Shown piece by piece: positions 25,853 through 36,992 of a stretch of 64,000 nucleotides of DNA (position 1 is the first letter of the stretch; every line of letters begins with the position of its first letter). This DNA comes from Octopus vulgaris (taxonomy: Eukaryota). The position numbers were made by a program, and so were the translations under genes. The DNA lies in NCBI GenBank assembly GCA_951406725.2, contig OX597816.1:167710001-167774000 (forward strand). Direction: 5' to 3'. A model generated the notes under the pieces. That model was not told where the DNA came from. It searched no databases and worked only from the letters and a program-made list of their open reading frames with translations.

Positions 25853-26829
25853 GTTTGTGTGTCTGTGTTTGTCCCTCCAGCATTGCTTGACAACCGATGC
25901 TGGTGTGTTTACGTCCCCGTCACTTAGCGGTTCGGCAAAAGAGACCGATAGAATAAGTACTGGGCTTACAAAAGAATAAGTCCCGGGGTCGATTTGCTCG
26001 ACTAAAGGCGGTGCTCCAGCATGGCCGCAGTCAAATGACTGAAACAAGTAAAAGAGTAAATAGATTTACAAATACATTGACAAATAGTCTGCATATTGCA
26101 GCTGGCCCTGTCACGTTTTTAGCTTTTTATAGCTGATTTTAAACATGTAACGCCCCCACCACTCCCTAGAGGGCCCATTATAGATTTTTATTGAAATCCC
26201 AATCGCCTATAATTCAACTGGATGTTAGGAACAAATAAATAACAAAATCAGATTTAATAAGGAAAATTATTTCAATATATTACATTTATATTCTCTTTAC
26301 TTGTTTCAGTCATTTGACTGCGGCCATGCTGGAGCACCGCCTTTAGTCGAGCAAATCGACCCCGGGACTTATTCTTTGTAAGCCCAGTACTTATTCTATT
26401 GGTCTCTTTTGCCGAATCGCTAAGTGACGGGGACGTAAACACACCAGCATCGATTGTCAAGCAATGCTAGGGGGACAAACACACACACACATACATATAT
26501 ACGATAGGCTTCTTTCAGTTTCCGTCTACCAAATTCACTCACAAGGCATTGGTCGGCCCGAGGCTATAGCAGAAGACACTTGCCCGAGATGCCACGCAGT
26601 GGGACTGAACCTGGAACCATGTGGTTGGTTAGCAAGCTACTTACCACACAGCCACTCCTGCGCCTATATATTTGTTTTGCAAGATTTTTGATGTGAAATC
26701 ATGTGTTGAAACAGATATTGTTGTATTTAGGAATGGTCATTTTGCCAGTTTAGCCAATAAATACAAAATACAAAATGGCTGACCGTTAGTAAGGTGAGAC
26801 ACACAAATAAGAAAGAAGAAAGCAAAGGA

Positions 26830-26869
26830 CCACTGATGCGGTCACAGGAGTGTGACGAAAGAACTCTGG
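26830..26869 (+). ncRNA. Degenerate minimal hammerhead within an inverted-repeat element (about 26670-26995)
   Basis: cca-CTGATGC-g-gtcac/gtgac-GAAA-gaac-TC-tgg; one core change, A to C. Confidence 0.55.
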
Positions 26870-28074
26870 CTGAAATAAGATTAAGATTAATGTAAAAAAT
26901 AAATAATGCTGAAGCAAAGTAACACCAAATATATAGTGCATGTATTTTTATTGGCTAAACTGGCAAAATGACCATTCCTAAATACAACAATATTTCAATA
27001 TACCAAATTTGAAAATTTTGACATACTTTTAAAATCTCACAATATGTGACAGCATCAGGGAAGACCCTACAAAACTAGAGAGAAAGAAAGTTATAGGAAG
27101 TGATACACACACACACACATACACACACATGCAAATTTACAAATGCATACACAGGTAATCACAAGTTTAAAATAGTAGACATATGTAGGTATGTATGAAT
27201 GTAAGCATATATATGTATGTGTGTGTGTCTGTGTGTGAGAGTTTCTTGCAATGGACAGCAAAAAAGCCACCTACCCCTCTCTCTTTAAAGCTATGTATAT
27301 TTCTTCACTACCCACAAGGGGCTAAACATAGAGGGGACAAACAAGGACAGACAAAGGGATTAAGTCGATTACATCGACCCCAGTGCGAAACTGGTACTTT
27401 ATTTATCGACCCCGAAAGGATGAAAGGTAAAGTCGACCTCGGCGGAATTTGAACTCAGAATGTAGCGGCAGACGAAATACCGCTAAGCATTTCGCCCAGC
27501 GCGCTAACGTTTCTGCCAGCTCACTGCCTTTTAAAGTTATGTATTCCTTACACCCACCCGTGTGTGTGTGTACATGTTGTATCTATGTATTTACAAAAGT
27601 ATGTACGCAGCATCAAGTGTGTATGACAGCTTTCTTTAACATTACCATCGTATTCTCAATACTGTTCTCGCCTTCACTGATATAAGTCACTCACTCTCTG
27701 TTACCACCTCAGACTTATACTTTTTGCAACTTTCTCATATTATATAATCAGCTCAGTGCCCCTGGAGGGGCAGGAGGCACATTATAGATTTTTATTGAAT
27801 TGATGTGTCATATGTATGCAAAGTTTCGTGAATATTGGTTCGGTGGTTTAAACACTAAGATGGTAACAGACAGACAGAAATTGCCAAATTTATATAGATA
27901 CGACAGGCTTCTTTCAGTTTCCATCTACCAAATCCATTCACAAGGCTTTGGTTGGCCCAAGGCTATAGCAAGAGACACTTGCCAAGGTGCTGTGCAGTGG
28001 GACTGAACAGGGAATCACGTGGTTGGGAAGCAAGCTTCTTACCACACATGCACAATTCATGAATATACAACATC

Positions 28075-28191
28075 AGTTTCACTTTCATGAAAGTGAAAGT
28101 GAAACAAATTCATCTTATAGATCTTCAATGAAGACCATGAAATGTTTTTTGCTTTCACTTCTCACATGATCTGTTTTTTGTGTTTCACTTT
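28075..28191. promoter_or_regulatory. Putative ISRE/IRF-binding cluster (duplicated at 29491-29610)
   Basis: AGTTTCACTTTC followed by GAAAGTGAAAGTGAAAC, plus CTTTCACTTC and GTTTCACTTT. Confidence 0.45.
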
Positions 28192-28647
28192 TGTCATGAC
28201 TGTAGTGATGTAACAGAGATTGGGTGGATCAGACAGGATAGCCATATTATATGCATGTGCGTGTGGTTGTGAAAGGGGAGACAGGAAAAAAAAGGTCATG
28301 TTAAAATAAGTGTGAAGTCTTATACAGGGAAAGAACTTGGCTTAGGAGATGTAAACACAGGACTGAAATTTTTTACAAGGTCGATTTTTAAGATTGATTA
28401 ATATTCTTTTCTACTCTCAGCACAAGGCCTGAAATTATTGGGGAGGGGGCCAGTTGATTAGATCAACCCCAGTACCCGACTGGTACTTAATTTATCGACA
28501 CCAAAAGGATGAAAGACAAGGCTGACCTATTCGGAATTTGAACTCAGAACGTAAAGACAAATGAAATACTGCTAAGCATTTCACCCAGCATGCTAACACT
28601 GCTGCCAGCTTGCTGCCTTAAAACAAACAGGTATAATTATTATAATA

Positions 28648-29021
28648 CTAGCAGTATCGCCCGGCGTTGCTCAGGTTTGTAAGGGAAATAACTATAAAGC
28701 ATTTTCAGAGAGTTATAGCCAAAAAATAGGAAAAAAATGATGGTAAATTTTTTTTTGAGAGTTAAAAGGATGGAGTTGCGTCCCCTAGACAGTTTGTGGT
28801 TCGTGTTTCTGATTCTCGACCCCATGTCGAATTTATCGATTTTTTTCAGAACTGGGGGAACTTTTCAAAATTTTGGCTGCGTTAGTTTTGAATTATGACA
28901 TTGGGCTATGTGTGTGTCAAGTTTCATCAGCATCGGTTGAAAGCCGTGGTCAGGGTGAGGGTACAAGCAAACAGACACACAGAAACACGCACAGACAAAC
29001 TGCCGTTTATATATAGAGAGA
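28648..29021 (-). mobile_element. Non-autonomous Helitron
   Basis: On the minus strand: 5'-TC ... subterminal hairpin ... CTAG-3', inserted between A and T with no TSD. The empty site tataata|tttaggatgg is present in the paralogous segment at about 30242. Confidence 0.88.
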
Positions 29022-29287
29022 TTTAGGATGGTGAACTGGCTAAACTTAGCATGCTTGGCAGAATGCTTAGTGGCCTTTCTCTTTTACTCTTTTGCTTGTT
29101 TCAGTCATTTGACAGCAGCCATGCTGGAGCACTGCCTTTAGTCGAGCAAGTCGACCCCAGAACTTATTCTTTGGAAGCCTAGTACTTATTCTATCAGACT
29201 CTTTTGCCAAACCTCTAAGTTACGGGGACATAAACACACCACCATCAGTTGTCAAGCGATGTTGGGGGGACAAACACAGACACCCAT

Positions 29288-29319
<32 letters not shown>

Positions 29320-30508
29320 GACGGGCTTCTTTCAGTTTCCGTCTACCAAATCCACTCACAAGGCTTTGGTTGGCCCAAGGCTATAGCAAGAGACACTTGC
29401 CCAAGGTGCTGTGCAGTGGGACTGAACAGGGAATCACATGGTTGGGAAGCAAGCTTCTTACCACACATGCACAATTCAGGAATATACATCAGTCTCACTT
29501 TCATGAAAGTGAAAGTGAAACAAATTCATCTTATAGATCTTCAATGAAGACCATGAAATGTTTTTTACTTTCACTTCTCACATGATCTGTTTTTTGTGTT
29601 TCACTTTTGTCATGACTGTAGTGATGTAACAGAGAGTGGGTGGATCAGACAGGATAGCCATATTATATGCATGTGCGTGTGGTTGTGAAAGGGGAGACAG
29701 GAAAAAAAGGTCATGTTAAAATAAGTGTGAAGTCTTATACAGGGAAAGAACTTGGCTTAGGAGATGTAAACACAGGACTGAAATTTTTTTACAAGGTCGA
29801 TTTTTAAGATTGATTAATATTCTTTTCTACTCTCAGCACAAGGCCTGAAATTATTGGGGAGGGGGCCAGATGATTAGATCAACCCCAGTACGCGACTGGT
29901 ACTTAATTTATCGACACCAAAAGGATGAAAGACAAGGTTGACCTAGGTGGAATTTGAACTCAGAACGTAGACAAATGAAATACCTATTTCTTTACTACAC
30001 ACAAGGGGCTAAACAGAGAGAGGACAAACGGATTAAGTTGATTATATCAACCCCAGTGCACAACTGGTACTTATTTAATCGACCCCAAAAGGATGAAAGA
30101 CAAGGCTGACCTATTCGGAATTTGAACTCAGAACGTAAAGACAAATGAAATACCGCTAAGCATTTCACCCAGCATGCTAACACTGCTGCCAGCTTGCTGC
30201 CTTAGATTAATATTAAAACAAACAGGTATAATTATTATAATATTTAGGATGGTGAACTGGCAAAACTTAGCATGCTTGGCAGAATGCTTAGTGGCCTTTC
30301 TCTTTTACTCTTTTGCTTGTTTCAGTCATTTGACAGCAGCCATGCTGGAGCACCGCCTTTAGTCGAGCAAATCGACCCCAGAACTTATTCTTTGGAAGCC
30401 TAGTACTTATTTTATCAGACTCTTTTGCCAAACCGCTAAGTTACGGGGACATAAACACACCACCATCGGTTGTCAAGCGATGTTGGGGGGACAAACACAG
30501 ACACCCAT

Positions 30509-30540
<32 letters not shown>

Positions 30541-31249
30541 GACGGGCTTCTTTCAGTTTCCGTCTACCAAATCCACTCACAAGGCTTTGGTCAGCCTGAG
30601 GCTATAGTAGAAGACACTTGCCCAAGGTGCCATTCAGTGGGACTGAACCTGGAACCATGTGGTTCGTAAGCAAGCTACTTATCACACAGCCACTCCTACG
30701 CCTATAGCTACTTATTTCTTTATTGCCCGCAAAGGGCTAAACAAAGAGGGGACAAACAAGGACAAAGGGATTAAGTCGATTACATCGGCCCCAGTGCGTA
30801 ACTGATACTTAATTTATCGACCCCAAAAGGATGAAAGGCAAAGTCGACCTCGGCAGAATTTGAACTCAGAACGTAACCGGGAGACGAAATACCTATTTCT
30901 TTACTACTCACAGAGGGGACAAACAAGGACAGACAGACGGTATTTCGTCTGCCGTTACTTATTTAATCGACCCCGAAAGGATAAAAGACAAAGTCGGCCT
31001 CAGTGGAATTTGAACTCAGAACATAACAGCAGACGAAATACGGCTATGCATTTCGCTCAGCGTGCTAACGTTTCTGCCAGCTCACCGCCTTTGTGAAATT
31101 TTATACTTGACTAGCACTATGACCCAGCAACGCCTGGTCATAATGCTAGTGCATGCATATACAGCTGCATGTGTGTGTGCACATACATACGAGTACTGTC
31201 CAAATCTCCGACCAATTACATACAGCTAGCTGGCATTCAATTGGCGTAT

Positions 31250-31460
31250 CAAGTTTCAGGTATTTTGATTGGATAAACGAATGTTGAGGTGGTTTGGCCA
31301 CATGGAGAGGATGGATGAGGAGCAGATGGTAAGGAGGATGATGAAAGCAGAAGTGGTAGGCAGCAGAACCAGAGGCAGACGTCGGTTTATGTAGACGGAT
31401 GGAGTGAGGAAAACTTTGGTGGTCAGAGGTATTGGAGTGAGAGAGGCAAGAGAGTTAATA
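31250..31460 (+). mobile_element. RTE-type LINE 3' fragment
   Basis: VLRWFGHMERMDEEQMVRRMMKAEVVGSRTRGR. Confidence 0.7.
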
Positions 31461-31636
31461 AACAGGTTATCTTTCGTTTTCCACCACTGAAAGTCACTTA
31501 AAGGTCAGAGGTAGTTAGACCGGGTAATAATATACCCAAGACCTAGGTTACGCCGCAACACATAGATGGCTTATTTTCCTACTTCCGTGTGCGAAGATTG
31601 ACTTCGCATCTCTTCAAACTACAACGAGAGAATTAA

Positions 31637-31855
31637 CCCTTTAGTATTTAAACCGGCCATATCCGGCCAAAATAGCTAATCCATTTTATGTTCAAACTGG
31701 CCAGATCCAGGCTCTCACACCTACCCTACAATGTTATTCTACATTAAGTAATTACACCATCAAGATCTTGAAGATATGAGATAATGCATGATTAATTCAA
31801 ATCAATGGGAATCAATAGGCATTATGTTTGATAGAATAATCTGAACACTAAAGGG
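31637..31855. mobile_element. piggyBac-type MITE
   Basis: TTAA-CCCTTTAGT ... ACTAAAGGG-TTAA. Confidence 0.8.
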
Positions 31856-33073
31856 TTAAATAAGATGAATTAATGCATTCAGGCAGTGATGTTTTAAGCC
31901 ATGGACACACAGGCTGTCGGCCAGGACCCCCTAGGCCCAATACTAATCTACTTAATACCTAGTTGTTGTATAGGCAACGACCCTTGTACACTGCTTTGCC
32001 GGGGGTGGTGGTGATGCTGTAATAATGTTAGGACGGCTCTAAATTCAAGTTAAGTATAACTATCGTTGCTGTTTAGCCCCTAGATCAATTTTGATCAAGT
32101 AGGCTTATGATGAATGGTATCAACGGAGGTAAAGAATACGTACACCACCCGTTTTCGGCGTAACAACCCTAAACACCGAGTGTACGCATTCTTTACTTTC
32201 GCCAAGGTATCATCATCTGGAGTTTTGTTGTTGCTTTATTCAGACGATATGATGTAAATTGAAGGATAGGGTACTTGGCTGCTATTTCTAACAAATCAAA
32301 AAGCAATATAGAGGCTCCGTCGTTGGCCCGTTATGATTGTATAGGGGTCATTTGATGTGTTAGCATTGTTTCAAGGGTTATTCTGTTCCGTTACTTCAAA
32401 TATTGTTTTTAAATTAGATATAAATTTGAACGACAAGATGTAATTTGAGGAGCATTTTGGCTACTATTTCTAGCAGAGCGAAGGGACATGTAGACACCTT
32501 GTGGTTTGTTGGCACTGTGGTTTAGCCATTTACTGTTAGTTAATAAACGACGAAAATGTTTAATTACTGTTAACTATTATCTATGGTATGTAAATGAAAC
32601 GTGACCGTTTTTCTGCAACTTTTTTGACTTTTCAATCTTTATTTTCCTTGATCCAAAACTAACCACTGGTTACTCAAAACCAACGAGGGATCTGCAAATT
32701 CGTTCAACCTGCTAGAAATAACAGCCAAAAAGCCTTCGGGTTACATCTCATAGTCTTAAAACGACGATTCTTTATATTTACAACCATAAACTTGCATGAA
32801 AATATAAACAGGAACCAGAATACAATACAAAACATGAACATCATTAAATTTACTAAAGAAACAAATTAAAATGCTCCAAATATGTTATGTTCAATAAGAT
32901 ATTTTAAAAGTTAAACTTTGAATTGTACTGACTGACTGACATAAACTCAAGCATCGCAGAATATAAAATATACATTTAGCAAAGATAATATTGTGAGATC
33001 CTATAAGGAATTAAAACTAGATTCTTTTAGAAATTTACATGCAGGGTTCCTTGTAATGTCACTTATAGAAGAA

Positions 33074-33476
33074 GGATCTTTTCGGTTTGAACAGTAGTTT
33101 TTAAAATAATTTCTAGGTAACTAAAAAAATTTAAACTTCGTATACTGGTAGAATGTGTTTATAAAACATCTTTTTCGCTTGGCTGTCTTGAGAAAATTCT
33201 ATAGTTGGTAAGATATTTGTCGTTGTTTTTTCTGCAATTTCAACCAATCAATGATGTCTATTGAGGTGAAAACATTCTGTGCCGTATGAATATGTCCCTC
33301 GTTTAAGAAACAGATTGGGTTTATTAACATTTCTGAAGAAAAAAAAGATACCTTTCCCCCCACCCCTAACCCTAAAACAGATTGAAATGCAATAGATCGA
33401 TACTAGGGTCATAATTATGGGTGACAATTTCATATGAGACCGCTAGAAAAAACTGCCGTTCAAAGCGAAAAGATCC
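33074..33476. mobile_element. MITE with GGATC TIRs and 8-bp TSD (Merlin-like)
   Basis: TIRs ggatcttttcggtttgaac / gttcaaagcgaaaagatcc; TSD tagaagaa on both sides. Inverted sister copy at 19748-20169. Confidence 0.85.
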
Positions 33477-34689
33477 TAGAAGAATTTGGCAGAGTCATTC
33501 GATCCGTTAGAAATGGTTTGACTCGTCTCCTAACCAAAATAGGAAGCCCCCAAAATAATATAAAGTCGACCTTTGTACGGGAAATAAAACAAAAAAGCCA
33601 GACTCTTTTTACGCTATCTCAGTATTATCTCTTCCTGCTGAATTTTAACAATTTAAGAGATAATACCCAACTTGTTACCTAGTTTAACACCGCTGCTTGG
33701 CTCCTGGGTGGCTTTAAAAACTTGACCGAATTTACTGTTACAAGCATTCAAGAACAGGTTTACGAATTGTGGTTCTTACCATCTATTCCCCCAACTGTCC
33801 GGGAGACCCTTCAAAACGTTTATGGACCCTGCCCGTCTCTTATGACAACGCCATAAAGAGAAATAAAGGATTAAATAATATCAGTTGATTTTATTGTATC
33901 TGGGGAGAGTCATTCTCTTTTAGTGCCTTATTACTTAACACACTCGCCAGTTCGATTTCCACAGATAAAAATAAGTGAATGGAAATCGAACTGGTGAGTG
34001 TGTTAAGTAATAAGGCACTAAAAGAGAATGACTCTCCCCAGACACGATAAAATATATTTCAACACACGAATTCACATAAAGAATCTTGCAAACCAAATAC
34101 AAAAACAAAATTAATGAACGTAAATATTTAAATTGGCAATCTTTCGTTTTGACTCGAGGTCGTGTTCGAAACAGCCTTTAAAACTTTGGTGTTTAGAAAA
34201 ATTGAATGTTCGTGTTTATAATTCTATTTTAGCTACCTTTTCTTATTTATTACAGAGGCAATACATTTACATTAGACAATGTAATGCACTGTACAATTCC
34301 ATTATCGAATACTTTCGTTAATCAAATACTTTTAAAACGAACTCATATCATGTAAAGCGGGAAGGGTTTGCTTTGTTTTTATTATCACAGATTCATTCGA
34401 TCCCATCGATACACTTTCCATTATCGAATACTTTAATTGCACAAGTTTTTCAAATCGACTATCAACTTGTTGTTAATTACTAAAAGGATGTAATAACATC
34501 AAGTATGGTCCAAAATAGCAACAAAGTGCTTCAAGCACACTCCTATAATTGACTAAACCAAGTTAAATGATCGAAACATTAAATCGCACATATATATATC
34601 TATCTGTCTGTCTGTCTCTCTTTTTTCTCCCACACATTATTATTATTGTGTAAGTATTATGCAAATAACATAACATTAAAAAAATAAAG

Positions 34690-35290
34690 AAATTACCACA
34701 TACCAATATAATTCTCATGAAGAAAGCAGGGTCATTGATTGTAACTTCAATAAATATTCAAATTATAACAGGTCCAATTGGCAGTCTCTTATTGTATATA
34801 TGACAAAAAGTTCCCGGGAAAGAAGCTTTTGCGTCGTTGTTCGACCTGCTAAAAATAACAGTTGAATCTCGCTCCAACCACACCCTAACGTCTTAAACAA
34901 AGAAAAGAGTACCTTAAATAATGTTGTCTTGGATAGATTGAAAAAAAAAAACCCCAGCCAACTCACATAATGTATAATTTACTTGTCTGCCTATATCTTG
35001 ATATCTATATAGGCCTATATATCTACTATTTTTACCTTATCTATTTGTATTTTGTTTGTTTGTTTTTTCCACAAATGCAATTACAGTAATGAGTTGATTA
35101 AAGTTTCAGTAATAAGCTTAAGCTACAATATAACTATTTTTTTAAAAAATTGGTATTCGGAAGGCTACCAAGATAATAATGCGGTAAATCTACACATCAC
35201 AAGTATGTTTTATACATACGTGACTACAGTTGAAGTTAGTCTTCGCACTAAAAAGCTTCTTATGAAATTACGGGAATCGAAGCTCTGCTC
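34690..35290 (-). promoter_or_regulatory. Candidate JAK promoter / non-coding first exon with STAT (GAS) motifs
   Basis: Repeat-poor, CpG-richer island. Minus-strand gtatgt donor at 34703. TTCTCATGAA at 34712, TTCCCGGGAA at 34811, TTCTTATGAA at 35257, TTACGGGAA at 35268. Confidence 0.35.
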
Positions 35291-35307
35291 GTTATACAGA
35301 GGAGTAG

Positions 35308-35342
<35 letters not shown>

Positions 35343-35564
35343 CGGAGGAGGGGGAGAGAGAGATTACATGTACCTGGCTGCTGTATACATCCGGGAGGAT
35401 CTTTCATAATTCGTCTAATATGTAAACTCGTTCCTAGTTACGTTATTTTGTCGTCTTCTCTTATTTGACGAATAAATTTCAACCCCAGTCCAATTTATCC
35501 ATTTACGACGATCTCAGCGAACATTTTAGAAGCTCAGAATGTTTTTAAAATCCACATAAGGATA

Positions 35565-35735
35565 CGCGCAGGAGTGGCTGTGTGGTAAGTAGCTTGCTAA
35601 CCAACCACATGGTTTCGGGTTCAGTCCCACTGCGTGGCATCTTGGGCAAGTGTCTTCTGCTATAGCCCCGGGCCGACCAATGCCTTGTGAGTGAATTTGG
35701 TAGACGGAAACTGAAAGAAGCCCGTCGTATATATG

Positions 35736-35768
<33 letters not shown>

Positions 35769-35980
35769 ATATGTGTTTGTGTGTATGTGTTTGTCCCCTT
35801 AGCATTGCTTGACAACCGATGCTGGTGTGTTTACGTCCCCGTCACTTAGCGGTTCGGCGGAAGAGACCGATAGAATAAGTACTGGGCTTACAAAGAATAA
35901 GTCCGGGGTCGATTTGCTCGACTAAAGGCGGTGCTCCAGCATGGCCGCAGTCAAATGACAGAAACAAGTAAAAAGAGAAT
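35565..35980 (+). mobile_element. Full-length tRNA-derived SINE with CORE-like block and internal (TA/TG)n. Similar copies at about 9507-9895, 26293-26667, 29080-29465, 30300-30706, 42195-42580, 44865-45235, 47300-47690, 56710-57035 and 63285-63733 (all minus) and 3920-4270 (plus)
   Basis: A box tggctgtgtgg, B box gggttcagtccc, cttgggcaagtg CORE-like motif, tail gactgaaacaagtaaaag. Confidence 0.88.
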
Positions 35981-36070
35981 AAGAAACAGCAATGAAGTGG
36001 GGAAAATCAAATAAAATACATGTGAAAATATGTACAAATCATTTATTAAAACAAATATAAACTTTTAAAA

Positions 36071-36256
36071 GGCGATCCTTCGGTATAGGTACCGTAAGTG
36101 CGGGAAGTGATATTGTTTACATTTCTGAAGATAACAGAAACCCTTTTCTCCCACCCCTAACACAAACACAAACCCTAACCCTACCTCCCCATATATATAT
36201 ATATAAAAACACTTTTAGGTATCCGGTATTTCCGGTACCTATACCGAAGTTACGCC
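36071..36256. mobile_element. Small TIR element (MITE)
   Basis: ggcgatccttcggtataggtaccg / cggtacctataccgaagttacgcc; internal ccctaac motifs as in the 33074 family. Confidence 0.7.
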
Positions 36257-36507
36257 AAAAAATTTTTCGGAGTTTTTTTGCCCCCCCCCCCCCCCCCTCC
36301 ATCTTTTAAATCGTTTTTCAAGTTATAGTTTTTTCTTGTTACATCGGTTTTCAAGTGAAGTCGCACATGCTTTGATGCTGATTACTGATGTTAGTTGAGT
36401 TATGTCTGTACTCGCTAAGATATGTTTTATTAAATGGTGTAACACTGTTGGATTTAGGCATTAGCTAGGCAAGTTGCATGTTAGAACTATACAATACTAG
36501 CGGACGT

Positions 36508-36760
36508 GGAGGCGCGTGGCTTAGTGGTTAGGGTGTCAGCATCATGATCCTAAGATTGCGGTTTCGATTCCTGGACCGGGCGATGCGTTGTGTTCTTGAG
36601 TAAAACACTTCATTTCACATTGCTTCAGTCCACTCAGCTGGCAAAAATGAGTGACGCTGCGATGGACTGGCATCCCATCCAGCTGGGGAAGACATACGCC
36701 ATAGAAACCGGGAAACCGGGCCCAGGAGCCTGGCAAGGCTTTAAAAAGGGCACATTTATT
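36508..36760 (+). mobile_element. Third tRNA-SINE family (ggaggcgc.tggcttagtggttagg head). Relatives at about 1600-1855(-), 23545-23860(-), 38308-38605, 43908-44280 and 58714-59075
   Basis: A/B boxes TGGCTTAGTGG and GGTTTCGATTCC, with recurring bodies. Confidence 0.8.
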
Positions 36761-36764
36761 AAAA

Positions 36765-36992
36765 GCGGCGAGCTGGCAGAAACGTTAGCACACTGGGCGA
36801 AATGCGTAGCCGTATTTCGTCTGCCGTTACGTTCTGGTTCAAATTCCGCCGAGGTCGACTTTGCCTTTCATCCTTTCGGGGTTGATAAATAAAGTACCAA
36901 GTACGCACTGGGGTCGATATAATCGACTTAATCCCTTTGTCTGTCCTTGTTTGTCCCCTCTGTGTTTAGCCCCTTGTGAGTAGTAAAGAAAT
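36765..36992 (+). mobile_element. Monomeric tRNA-SINE of that family (Meta/MESC-like central domain). Other copies at about 27299-27530, 45270-45475 and 58414-58635; multimers at 29822-30203, 30712-31092, 39030-39400 and 43245-43815
   Basis: A box TGGCAGAAACG, B box GTTCAAATTCC, core gcctttcatcctttcggggtcgataaa. Confidence 0.85.

Larger units (their letters stand above)
27898..30590 (+). repeat. Local tandem duplication (unit about 1.2-1.4 kb)
   Basis: 27898-28500 corresponds to 29318-29920; 28480-28647 plus 29022-29370 corresponds to 30060-30590. Near-identical, including non-TE sequence. Confidence 0.9.

Noticed and set aside
33360-33376. Telomere-like CCCTAA repeats (also 19850 and 36155-36183)
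   Set aside because: Only 2-3 units and internal to MITEs; not telomeric.
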